From Pseudomonadota bacterium (GTDB lineage Bacteria; Pseudomonadota; Alphaproteobacteria; TMED109), in NCBI GenBank assembly GCA_036042925.1, contig JAYYAX010000028.1, positions 1,056 through 65,055 of the forward strand: 64,000 nucleotides of DNA, written 5' to 3'. Under the pieces are notes generated by a model that saw nothing but the letters and a program-made list of their open reading frames with translations, did not search any database and was not told where the DNA came from. Below, one piece after another: positions 41,536-51,300 of the stretch. How positions within the stretch are numbered: position 1 is the first letter of the stretch; each line of letters starts with the position of its first letter. The position numbers and the translations under genes were made by a program.

Positions 41536-43004
41536 ACTTTTTCCCTGGCTTTTATTGCATCTAGTACTACTTTTTTGTCATCAAAAAAATAACGTTTTCC
41601 GTCAATTTCTTGATATTTCTCGTGACCTTTTCCAGCTACCAGAAGAATATCAAATTTTTTAAGTCTATTTATTGCGAAAAAAATAGCTTCTTTTCTGTCA
41701 GAAATTTCATAGGCTCCTTTGCAATATTTAAGAATTTGTTCCCTTATTTTTTTTGGATTTTCATACCTTGGATTATCGTCTGTAATATAAACTTCATCTG
41801 CCATCTCAAATGCATATTTACCCATCAACCTTCTTTTTCCTTTATCTCTATTTCCTCCACATCCAAAAAGCACTTTTAACGAGGCATAGTTAGACTGAAT
41901 ACCTTTTAAGGCAATTAAGGCCTTTTTTAAAGCAATAGGTGTATGAGCATAATCAATATAAATATTAGAGCTAATTTTTTTAAAATTAACTTTTTCTAGT
42001 CTTCCTGGTGGTTCTTTTATATTTTCTACCAAATTAAATAATTGCTTCAATGGAAGATTATAAGATCTTGCTACGATCATTGAACAGACTAAGTTTTCTA
42101 TTTGAAATCTAGCTTTTAGTTTAGTTTTAAATTGGTAAGGTTTTCCAAAAATTAATATAGAAACCTCAGAATGTCCTTTAAAAAAATTAATTTTTTCAAT
42201 GATCCAATCACTTTTTTCTGTGCCATAGGTTACATATTTAATATTTTTTCTTTTACAAATGCTTTCTATTTTTTTTCCGTATTTGCAATAGTTATTTATT
42301 ATAGCAATTCCATTCATATCTAGTATTTCAGTGAAAAGCCTTTTTTTAGATGCAAAATAATTACCAATACTCCTATGGTAATCAAGGTGATCTCTAGATA
42401 AATTTGAGAAAACTCCCCTATTTACTCTTAAGTAATCTATCCTTTTTTGACTCAAACCATGGCTTGATGCTTCAAGAGCTAAAAAATTAATCTTTTGTTT
42501 TTTTAAAAAATCTACATTTTTTATTAGATCTATTGCATCTGGAGTAGTCAATTCAGTTGGAATATTTTTATTATAATATTTTATACCCAGCGTACCAATA
42601 CTGGCAGATTTTATTTTAGCTTGGTTCCATATTTTATTTAGATAATAAGCTATCGATGTTTTTCCATTAGTACCGGTTATTGCGGCTATATTTTTGGGCT
42701 GACTAGGAAAAAATTTTTTGCATATTATACATGCTGATATTTTAATATTTTTCGCTGTTATTATATTTATATTTTTATTAAATATTTTTTTAGAGTCTTT
42801 AATATTACATAAAATAACCTTAGCACCTGCATTTATTGCCTTGTCGGTATAGTTTATTCCATTAGTCTTATCACCTTGGATTGCAGCAAATATCATACCT
42901 TTCTTTATTTTTCTAGAGTCTGTGTCTATTCCTGATATTGGAACATCATTTTCAATTCTTTTTATAAGTTTGATGTCATTATTTATAATTTTAGAAAGAA
43001 GCAA
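41529..43004 (-). CDS. murE: UDP-MurNAc-dipeptide--meso-DAP ligase
   Basis: GTNGKTS, LTTP, EASSHG, DHLDYH, DYAHTP, DNPR (DAP-specific), GKGHE. Confidence 0.97.
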   Translation of the reverse strand: MLLSKIINNDIKLIKRIENDVPISGIDTDSRKIKKGMIFAAIQGDKTNGINYTDKAINAGAKVILCNIKDSKKIFNKNINIITAKNIKISACIICKKFFPSQPKNIAAITGTNGKTSIAYYLNKIWNQAKIKSASIGTLGIKYYNKNIPTELTTPDAIDLIKNVDFLKKQKINFLALEASSHGLSQKRIDYLRVNRGVFSNLSRDHLDYHRSIGNYFASKKRLFTEILDMNGIAIINNYCKYGKKIESICKRKNIKYVTYGTEKSDWIIEKINFFKGHSEVSILIFGKPYQFKTKLKARFQIENLVCSMIVARSYNLPLKQLFNLVENIKEPPGRLEKVNFKKISSNIYIDYAHTPIALKKALIALKGIQSNYASLKVLFGCGGNRDKGKRRLMGKYAFEMADEVYITDDNPRYENPKKIREQILKYCKGAYEISDRKEAIFFAINRLKKFDILLVAGKGHEKYQEIDGKRYFFDDKKVVLDAIKAREKVC

Positions 43005-44682
43005 GTTCTACTCCTTTCTTTTTATTGTTAACAATTAGATCATTAGAATTATTTTCTTTTTCTATTCCTAAAATTGGAGAAATTCTCTTAATTATTTTAG
43101 AAGTTGTTTTAGCCGCAGTTCTTCCACCGGTAGCACCATCATTATTATTAATAAAATTTTGAAAAGAAGGCTCATCAAATAGTACTAAGCAAATATATTT
43201 TGGATTATTAATAGGAAATACTGATAAAAACGATGATACGAGCTTTTTTTTATCGTAGCCACCTAGTGTCTTATTAATCTTTTCTGCTGTAGCTGTTTTT
43301 CCACCTACATGGTATCCTTTAGTGAAAGCGTTTTTTCCAGTTCCATAAAGAACATTTTCTTCCATGAGGTGTAATAACTTTTCTTTTGTTGATGTAGAAA
43401 GCAATTCATTATTTTTTTTTCTACTAGTTTTTTGCAGTTCTAATTTAACATTTTGAAATTCAGAATTTCCGAATATTAATGAAGATGCTTCGACTAGGTG
43501 CATCGGTGTTATAGATATACCGTAACCAAAAGAAAGATTAGCCACTTCAATATCACCCCAGTTTCTTGGAAATTTTGGCTTGGATTTTTCTATGATATCT
43601 ATAGAGGAGTAGTCTAATAATCCGAGATTATAGTAAAAGCTTTTAAGATTATTTCCTCCAAGCTTTAATGCTATCAAACTTGCTCCTTTATTTGATGATT
43701 TCAAAAAAACTTCTTTAGCACTTAAAACTCTATTTTGAGGATGATAGTCTTTTATTAAATAACTAGATATTTTTAAAGGTTTACTAACATCAAAAATACT
43801 ATTTAGTTTGATATCTGCGTATTCAAAACCAGCAGCTAGAGAGAAAATTTTAAAAGTGGAACCCATTTCATAAAGGTTAAAAGTAGCAGTATTTCTGTAG
43901 CTAATATGCGTAGGATTTATACTTAAATTGGGATTATAATCAGGAAGACTCACCATAGATATTATTTCATTAGTATCTAAATCTGCTAAAATAGCAGTAG
44001 CTGTTTTTGCATTAAAATCTAAAAGATCTTTTGATAATTCTTCTCTTATTGCATGCTGTATTCTGATATCTACACTTAGAATAATATCTTTTCCAGAGGA
44101 TAATTTATTATTATATGTTTTCTCCATGCCATTTACGCCCTGGAGGTTATTATTGGTATGTCCAATCAAATGAGAAGTCAAATTACTATGAGGATAAAAC
44201 CTCTTTACTGTAGGAAAAAATTCCAATCCTGGTATTCCTAAACTATTTAGTTGTTTTGCTTTTTTAGCAGTAATATTTCTAGCTATTACCACTTCATATT
44301 TATGCTTGTTACTAATTTGTTTAAGAACTCTATTTTTCTCAAGATTTTTAAGTTTTGTTGAAAGAATTTCTGATGTTAAACTAGGATTTTTTATTAACTT
44401 AGGATATGCCTTTAATTTATATGTAAAAATATTGGAAGCTAATATTTTACCGTTTCTATCTTTAATAATTCCTCTAAAAAGTATTTTGTTTTCATATTCA
44501 GTACCTGTAACATTTTTAGGCTGTCTTTCCTGCAAAATTGACAACTCTAGCATTTTAGAAAAAATAACCAATCCTATGGTTGACATTAAAAATGCTACTA
44601 AAAATAATCTTCTTAATATCTGATTATAATCATAATCTTTGCTATTACTTTTTGTAAAGTTTGTATGAAACAGTAATCTCAT
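42991..44682 (-). CDS. ftsI: Cell division transpeptidase PBP3
   Basis: RG.I.DRNG, RFYP, STFK (SxxK), SSN (SxN), KTA in place of KTG. Confidence 0.95.
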   Translation of the reverse strand: MRLLFHTNFTKSNSKDYDYNQILRRLFLVAFLMSTIGLVIFSKMLELSILQERQPKNVTGTEYENKILFRGIIKDRNGKILASNIFTYKLKAYPKLIKNPSLTSEILSTKLKNLEKNRVLKQISNKHKYEVVIARNITAKKAKQLNSLGIPGLEFFPTVKRFYPHSNLTSHLIGHTNNNLQGVNGMEKTYNNKLSSGKDIILSVDIRIQHAIREELSKDLLDFNAKTATAILADLDTNEIISMVSLPDYNPNLSINPTHISYRNTATFNLYEMGSTFKIFSLAAGFEYADIKLNSIFDVSKPLKISSYLIKDYHPQNRVLSAKEVFLKSSNKGASLIALKLGGNNLKSFYYNLGLLDYSSIDIIEKSKPKFPRNWGDIEVANLSFGYGISITPMHLVEASSLIFGNSEFQNVKLELQKTSRKKNNELLSTSTKEKLLHLMEENVLYGTGKNAFTKGYHVGGKTATAEKINKTLGGYDKKKLVSSFLSVFPINNPKYICLVLFDEPSFQNFINNNDGATGGRTAAKTTSKIIKRISPILGIEKENNSNDLIVNNKKKGVELASF

Positions 44683-44972
44683 TCTGAGCCCTTCAAACTT
44701 TCTAATAACGTTAAAAAATCATCAACACTAATTAATGATGCTTGCGTAAAGTCTAAGTGAACATTAGATAGCTTTTGTATATTTTTTGGCGAAGATAGAT
44801 ACTCCCACTCTGCTTTTAAAAAACTTAAATCATAATTAAGTTTGTTTTTTAGATCTCTAGCCTCCTTAATTTTTATATCTAACTTAGAGGACTCATACTT
44901 TAATATTGTAACTGCTGTCAATATTAAGCAACATATTGCTATCATTAGTATTAACTTCTTCAAACTAAACAC
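44679..44972 (-). CDS. ftsL: Cell division protein FtsL
   Basis: TM plus coiled coil LKAEWEYLSSP.NI..L; between rsmH and ftsI. Confidence 0.9.
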   Translation of the reverse strand: MFSLKKLILMIAICCLILTAVTILKYESSKLDIKIKEARDLKNKLNYDLSFLKAEWEYLSSPKNIQKLSNVHLDFTQASLISVDDFLTLLESLKGSE

Positions 44973-45903
44973 TTATCCTTTCTATTACTCTTAACTTTGC
45001 AGACCTTGCTTTTGGATTCTTTAAGATCTCCTCTTCAGTCGGTAAATAAAATGCCTTGTTAAGTCTCTTAAATTTTGGACTATTAAAATTTAACCTACTA
45101 GGCAGATGTCTATTTGTTGTTTGATTTTTTCCACATAATCGGTTAAAAATATTTTTTACTAATCTATCTTCTAAAGAATGAAAAGTAATAATGACCAACC
45201 TAGCTCCAGGAGCTAAAAAATTTATTGAAGCATTTATTAAAGTTTGTATTTCTTCAATTTCATTGTTTACAAAAATTCTCAATGCTTGAAAAGTTTTAGT
45301 AGCTGGATGAATTCTGTATGGTAGTTTATGTGGCTTAGCTCTCTTCACTAAATTCGCTAATTCATGAGTAGTTGCTATTTTTTTCTTCTTCCTTTCTGAT
45401 ACAATAAATTTTGCTATTTTTTTACTTTTATACTCTTCTCCATATTTCCAAAGTATTTCAGATAAATCAGTTTCTTTAAAAAAATTAACAATATGGTCCG
45501 CGCTTAATCCTTTCTTTGACATTCTCATATCCAACGGACCGTTATTTTTTATAGAAAAGCCTCGTTTGCTTTTTTCTATTTGTAAATTTGATATACCTAA
45601 ATCTGCAACTATTCCCCCTGTTATAGTATTTACTCTTTGCTCTTCCAAAATTTTTTTTATTTTTCCAAATGTTCCTAAAACAAAATCGAATCTATTCTTG
45701 TAGGTTTTTTTTAATAATTTTGAAAATCTTTCTACGTCTGGATCCCTATCAATTGCTATGACACTGCAACTATAATCTTTTAATATTTTTTTTGTATATC
45801 CTCCTAAACCAAAAGTTGCATCAACATAAATAAAGTTTTTTCTAATATTTAATGCCTCGATAGCTTCTTCAAGCATAACTGGCTTATGTGTGATACTTTT
45901 CAT
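44965..45903 (-). CDS. rsmH: 16S rRNA m4C1402 methyltransferase
   Basis: HKPVML, DATFGLGG, DLGIS, GPLDMRM, HPATKTFQALRI, FHSLEDR, RSAKLR. Confidence 0.98.
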   Translation of the reverse strand: MKSITHKPVMLEEAIEALNIRKNFIYVDATFGLGGYTKKILKDYSCSVIAIDRDPDVERFSKLLKKTYKNRFDFVLGTFGKIKKILEEQRVNTITGGIVADLGISNLQIEKSKRGFSIKNNGPLDMRMSKKGLSADHIVNFFKETDLSEILWKYGEEYKSKKIAKFIVSERKKKKIATTHELANLVKRAKPHKLPYRIHPATKTFQALRIFVNNEIEEIQTLINASINFLAPGARLVIITFHSLEDRLVKNIFNRLCGKNQTTNRHLPSRLNFNSPKFKRLNKAFYLPTEEEILKNPKARSAKLRVIERISV

Positions 45904-45910
45904 ATTTCCC

Positions 45911-46339
45911 TTACGCTTTTCTTTTTTTCATATATTCTCTAGCCTTATTTTCATAGTCTTCAAAAGAGGAAGGTTCCCAAATTCTAAATTTTCTTCCCAT
46001 GCCTACAAACAGTGCTTCATTTTTCAATTTAGCTTTCTTTTTTATTAAATCAGGCAACAATACCCTACCTTCTTTATCAAAAGGAAGCATAGAGGAACCA
46101 AAAATCAAAGTTGCTTCATACTCATTTCCTTCTAGAAGAGGATCTTGCTTATCTAACCACTCTTGATATCTTTCTAAATACTTTTGTGAGTAACCATCTA
46201 CAGAATTATAATCATTAGTAATTTGCGCTACAATACCTGAAAATTCAGTACCTAAAAGCTTCGGCCTCCATAGGGCAGGAACACTAACTCTTCCCTTTTT
46301 ATCAATTCTATTTAAAAACTTTCCCACAAATTCTGTCAA
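45911..46339 (-). CDS. mraZ: Transcriptional regulator MraZ
   Basis: TTG start with GGAG SD; two SpoVT/AbrB repeats IDKKGRVSVP and FDKEGRVLLP; G.G..F.IW. Confidence 0.96.
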   Translation of the reverse strand: MTEFVGKFLNRIDKKGRVSVPALWRPKLLGTEFSGIVAQITNDYNSVDGYSQKYLERYQEWLDKQDPLLEGNEYEATLIFGSSMLPFDKEGRVLLPDLIKKKAKLKNEALFVGMGRKFRIWEPSSFEDYENKAREYMKKRKA

Positions 46340-46355
46340 CTAATTAGCTCCATAT

Positions 46356-46397
46356 TTGGTACTATATAGTGCTAACATGGGTTTTTATGGTCGTCAA
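46356..46397 (-). promoter_or_regulatory. Putative mraZ/dcw promoter with degenerate MraZ-box-like repeats
   Basis: Minus strand TTGACG-N17-TAGCAC; plus-strand pentamers TTGGT, ATAGT, ATGGG, ATGGT at 10-11 nt period. Confidence 0.5.
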
Positions 46398-46444
46398 TGA
46401 CACTTTATGTAAAAATTATTCTGTACCTTTTTTATTCTCTTTTT

Positions 46445-46459
46445 GTTCTTATTATGTTC
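46445..46459. promoter_or_regulatory. Alphaproteobacterial LexA (SOS) box candidate
   Basis: GTTC-TTATTAT-GTTC (GTTC-N7-GTTC); the reverse complement with its flank, GAACATAATAAGAACAAA, matches the box before the Y-family polymerase at 15 of 18 positions. Confidence 0.6.
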
Positions 46460-46787
46460 GAAGACAGTCTGTAAGCCGGTTTCTGTTTATGCAGTTATCC
46501 ATCTAGAACTAACATTACTGATAGTTTCAAGCAACCTACCCAGACGTTTTTTGGAGCATCACGTCTCTATTTGGTCTTGCTCCCAGTGGGGTTTACCAAG
46601 CTGCTCGTGTTACCACAAGCACGGTGTGCTCTTACCACACCTTTTCACCCTTACCACGTAACGTGGCGGTATTTTTTCTGCGGCACTTTCCCTAGAGTCA
46701 CCTCTGCCGGGTGTTACCCGGCACTGTTGCTCCTGGAGACCGGACTTTCCTCTCTTGTTAAATAAGAGCAACTGCTTGACTGTCTTC
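46460..46787 (-). ncRNA. rnpB: RNase P RNA, bacterial type A (compact, about 328 nt)
   Basis: Minus strand: P1 GAAGACAGTC/GACTGTCTTC, GAGGAAAGTCCGG, GGAAAGTGCCGCAGAAA, AGGGTGAAAAGG, GGTAAACCCC, ACAGAAACCGGCTTAC; usual position upstream of mraZ. Confidence 0.97.
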
Positions 46788-46822
46788 AGTTCTAGCCTTT
46801 TAAATTTATAAATAAATGTCAA
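46788..46822 (-). promoter_or_regulatory. Putative rnpB promoter
   Basis: TTGACA (46822-46817, overlapping the amidase TGA) 35 nt upstream of the rnpB 5' end; -10 poorly defined. Confidence 0.5.
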
Positions 46823-47577
46823 GAACTTTTATTTACTTGAATAATTCTTTGATATAATTGTTTATTTATAATTCCGTTTATAGAGTTTGGTAAAAATCTT
46901 CTTTGAAATGCCTCAATAATTAATTTGAATTTAAGATCATACTTTTTATTCAAAGGACATCTATAACCAATTTTATTTAATTTTTTTTTTATTTCTAAGA
47001 CTAACTCACTCGTATCACCATATTGTAAATAAATATCCTTAGTCTGCTCTTGCTTTAAAACAGGTGGGTAATAGGCAAGATTTTTCTTTGCCAAATAATC
47101 CCATCTAAAAAGCTCTCCTGGATCAAGTTTTCTAAAGGGGGCTATATCTGAATGTGCTAATACATTTTTACAATCTAGGTTATATTTTTTTAATATTTCT
47201 TTCAAAAGAATTACTAATGAGCTCATTTGTGCTAGAGGGAATTCATTATAAAAATTGCCATGTCCTGGATTATCTAACTCTATTCCTACTGAATACTGAT
47301 TCAAGCCTGTAAAATTTTTCCATTGAGATAAACCACAATGCCAAGCTATATTTTTTTCTTCAATAACTTTATATAGATCCCCTTTTCTTGAAATTAACCA
47401 GTGACAAGACACTTTAGAATTTGGATCTTTGAAGATTTTAATAGTTTCTTTTAAAGACCTTACACCTGTGTAGTGAATAATTACAAATTTTATATTCCTT
47501 TTTTTTCTGTATTCATAGTTAGGAGATAAGATGCTAAGTACTTTATTTTTTGTTTTTCTTAATTTCATTATAAGCAT
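46819..47577 (-). CDS. N-acetylmuramoyl-L-alanine amidase (Amidase_2 plus PG-binding domain, AmiD-like)
   Basis: SPNY, IIHYT, VSCHW, AWHCG, SVGIEL, HSDIAP.RK.DPG, AFQRRF. Confidence 0.93.
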   Translation of the reverse strand: MLIMKLRKTKNKVLSILSPNYEYRKKRNIKFVIIHYTGVRSLKETIKIFKDPNSKVSCHWLISRKGDLYKVIEEKNIAWHCGLSQWKNFTGLNQYSVGIELDNPGHGNFYNEFPLAQMSSLVILLKEILKKYNLDCKNVLAHSDIAPFRKLDPGELFRWDYLAKKNLAYYPPVLKQEQTKDIYLQYGDTSELVLEIKKKLNKIGYRCPLNKKYDLKFKLIIEAFQRRFLPNSINGIINKQLYQRIIQVNKSS

Positions 47578-48298
47578 TATTAAAATCAGTTAATTTCTTA
47601 TTAGCAAAATCAACAAAGTCCTTAGGTAAACCTTTTCCCTGGATTTTATCGGGATGATAACTTTTTATAATCTCTCTATATTTTTTTTTAATAGTTTCTA
47701 AAGAGTCATTTTTAGTCACTCCTAATAAATCATAATATCTTTCTAATTTATCTTTATCTGTGGTGTTTAATTCAAATTTGTAAATACTTTTTATTCTATT
47801 ATATTCAATTTGATTAATACCAAAAATTTTTGATATATCTATTAACATTTTTTCTTCGTTTTTATGCAGGATTTTATCAGCACAAGCTATAGCAAACAAA
47901 GCATTGAGTATTTCATGCAAAATTTTTTCTTCTGAAAAATGTCTCCTTAATTGTAAAGCATAACTTTCGTAGTCATAGGCGTCATCTTTTGCAGAATTAA
48001 ATAACTTTGCAATTACATTAATATCTTTATTAGGAAATTCAAAAATCCTTTTGAATGTAGCTATTTCGTCTTTTGTTACTTTTCCATCTATTTTAGAGAG
48101 TTTGGCTGCCAAAGCTATTACTCCTGTTGCAAATACTTGCTCTAGCTCTTCATTTTTACTAGTCTTACTAAAATTATGACGTTCTTTTATTTTAGTTTTA
48201 TCTATGCCATGTCCAGCTGCTATCCCTAACAGAGCTCCGATAGGCCCTCCTAATGCGAAACCCGCACTACCACCTATTATTTTTCCCCAAATACTCAT
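47543..48298 (-). CDS. djlA: DjlA-type co-chaperone (TerB plus C-terminal J domain)
   Basis: WGKIIGG...GGPIGALLG...GH, AKLSKIDG, HPD J-domain motif. Confidence 0.92.
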   Translation of the reverse strand: MSIWGKIIGGSAGFALGGPIGALLGIAAGHGIDKTKIKERHNFSKTSKNEELEQVFATGVIALAAKLSKIDGKVTKDEIATFKRIFEFPNKDINVIAKLFNSAKDDAYDYESYALQLRRHFSEEKILHEILNALFAIACADKILHKNEEKMLIDISKIFGINQIEYNRIKSIYKFELNTTDKDKLERYYDLLGVTKNDSLETIKKKYREIIKSYHPDKIQGKGLPKDFVDFANKKLTDFNNAYNEIKKNKK

Positions 48299-48363
48299 AA
48301 ATAAAATATATTCTATTAAATAAAAATAATATACTAATTATATATATATATGAAAGTTTCAAT

Positions 48364-51300
48364 ATGAAAAAAAAATGGAATTTTATGCTAGACCAGGGAG
48401 GGACATTCACGGATATTATTGCAATTCGTCCTGACGGAGAAGTCATTACTCAAAAAGTTCTATCAAGTCAAAATACTTATAAATACAATCCAATAAGCTA
48501 TGGAATAAACCTTATTATAAATCAAAATTTAGCTTTTAAAAAATTTCCTATAGATAAAATTAATATAGGCACAACTATAGGAACTAATACACTTTTAGAA
48601 AGAAAAGGAGAAAAGCTTCTTTTATGTGTTACCAAAGGCTTCAAAGATAATTTTATTATTGGAAATCAAAAAAGAGATAATCTATTTCTTAGGCATCACA
48701 TTAGAAAACCATCTTTATATTTTAAAGTTGAAGAAATTGACGAGAGAATTTCTAAAAATGGAAAGGTTTTAAGAAAAATAAATTATGAAAATTCCTATTC
48801 TATCTTAAAAAAAAATTATGATTTAGGGATTAATTCTATATCAATTATTTTAATTAATAGTTTTAGATATCCCAAACATGAATTAGATATTAAAGCTATA
48901 GCTGAAAAAATAGGATATAAATATATTTCATGTAGTTCAGAGGTAAGTCCTACTATAAACTATACAGCTAGAGGATACACAACTCTAGCAGATAATTACC
49001 TTAATCCATCTATAGAAAATTTTACCTCAAAAGTTTCAAAGTTTTTTGAAAAAAGTAAAATAAGTTATATGCAGTCTAGCGGCTTTTTAACTGATAAAAA
49101 ATATTTTAGCGGTAAAACCTCCATTTTATCTGGTCCTGCAGGAGGTGTAAATGCTGGAATTCATATAGCAAAAAAAAATAGAAAAAAAAAAATTATTGGA
49201 TTAGATATGGGGGGGACATCTACAGATGTCTGGCACTACAATGGTGAGACTGAAAAAAGGTTAGAAACAAAAATATCGGGTATATTTTTAAAAACTCCTG
49301 TACTAAATATAAGCAGCAGTGCAGCGGGCGGTGGATCTTTGATTAAATATAAGCAAAAACGATTTTTAGTTGGTCCAGAGAGTGCTGGATCGTATCCCGG
49401 TCCCGCTTGCTACAGAAATGGTGGTCCCTTAACAGTGACAGATTGCAATTTAGTCTTGGGAAGAATTCTGCCTGATTTTTTCCCGTCTTATTTTGGAAAA
49501 AATAAGAACAAAGAAATATCTGTAGATGTGGCAAAAAAAAAATTTTTAAAACTACTAAAATTAGTTAAAAAGGACTATCCGCATATTAATAACATTCAGC
49601 AATTAGCTGATGCATTTTTAGAAGTTGCAATTGAAAATATCTGTTCAGCGATAAAAAAAATTACTTCTTACAAGGGATTTGATCTAAAAGATTATACTTT
49701 ACTAATATTTGGATCTGCATCTGGACAGTTAGCCTGTCAAGTAGCAGAAAAATTAAATATAAAGAAAATATTTTTTCATCCACTTTCTGGATTTTTATCT
49801 GCTTATGGCGTTGGTATTTCAAACATTGGGCAAACCTTTGAAATGAGTTGTGAAAAAAAATTAAATTCAAAAAATATTAAATTAGCAATTCAAAATATAT
49901 ACAAGGTAATAAAAAAAAAATACAATGATAGTAGATTAAATTACAGATTGAGAATAAAATATGAAGGCTCAAATACTGTACTAAGTATTCCCTTAAATGA
50001 TATTAATGAACGAAAAATTACTCAATTATTCAAAAATAAACATATTAAAACATACGGGTTTTACTATGAGAAAAAGAATATTATATTAGACTCCATAGAA
50101 GCTGAAGCATCATATGATCAAAGCATAAATTTTAACCTGAAATTAAATAAATTAATAAATTCTTCTCTAGCAATTAAATTGTATAATAAGAGAATTATAA
50201 AAAATATTAATTCAGGCTCTTTCAAAAACAAATCTCATTTTCAAGGCTATGTTTTATTTAGTGACTTTAATACCACTTTGGTAATTGAAAAAAATTGGAA
50301 AATTAATAAAAAGACAAATGGTATTTTTGAAATTAATAAAATTGGTAAAAAAAAAATAAAAAAAAAATCCTTGAATAATAAACTTAAAGCAAGTCCTGAA
50401 AAACTAGAAATTTTTAATAGTTTATTTTTTTCAGTGGCAGAACAAATGGGAGAAGTATTAAAAAATACTGCACAGTCAATAAATGTAAAAGAAAGGATGG
50501 ACTTTAGCTGCGCTTTGTTTGATCATAATGGAGATCTAATTGTAAACGCTCCTCATATTCCGATCCATTTAGGGTCAATGAGCGACACTGTAAAATATTT
50601 ACTAAAAAAATATAAATTAAATTTTCTAAGAGGAGAAACCTTGCTTCATAATGACCCTTACAGCGGAGGTACTCATTTGCCAGATCTGACAGTAGTTAAA
50701 CCTATGCTTAACAAAGAAAAAACTAAAATTCTTTTTTTTCTTGCTAATAGAGCTCACCATTCTGATGTTGGTGGTATAACTCCAGGTTCTATGCCAGCAT
50801 TTTCAAAATCTATTTACGATGAGGGAATAATTTTTAACGGATTTACTTTATTAGAAAAAAAAATAGTTTTAGATAATAAAATTATTCAAGAATTTAAAAA
50901 GACTGATTTTCCTTCAAGAGACCCTATACAAAATCTAAATGATATAAAAGCGCAGTTAGCTTCTTGTAATAAAGGTGCAATTGAAATGGAAAAAATAATT
51001 TCATCCTATTCCTTGACTACTGTAAATAAATATATAGCCTACATAAATAAAAATTGTTCAGATGTTATTCAAGCTGTTATAAGAAAAATTCCTAAATCAG
51101 AATTTGCTTACAAACTTGATAATGATGCTTTTGTAAAAGTTAAAATTAAATTTAATAATAAAACAAAAAAATTAGAAATTGATTTTAGAGACTGTTCATC
51201 ACTTTTAGAAAATAACTTTAATACTCCAAAGGCAGTAACCAAATCTGTGGTTACTTATTTTTTAAGAACATTAGTAAAAGATAATTTACCTCTCAATGAA

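Noticed and set aside
46340-46444. Search for a SidA-like SOS division-inhibitor peptide downstream of the LexA-like box
   Set aside because: Only minus-strand ORFs of 13 codons or fewer, none hydrophobic
46443-46822. Three short ORFs (46443-46661 +, 46571-46765 +, 46610-46822 -)
   Set aside because: They overlap the RNase P RNA; its higher GC content lowers stop-codon frequency and explains them
48339-48351. (TA)6 run in the djlA/oplA divergent gap
   Set aside because: Short and unremarkable in AT-rich intergenic DNA
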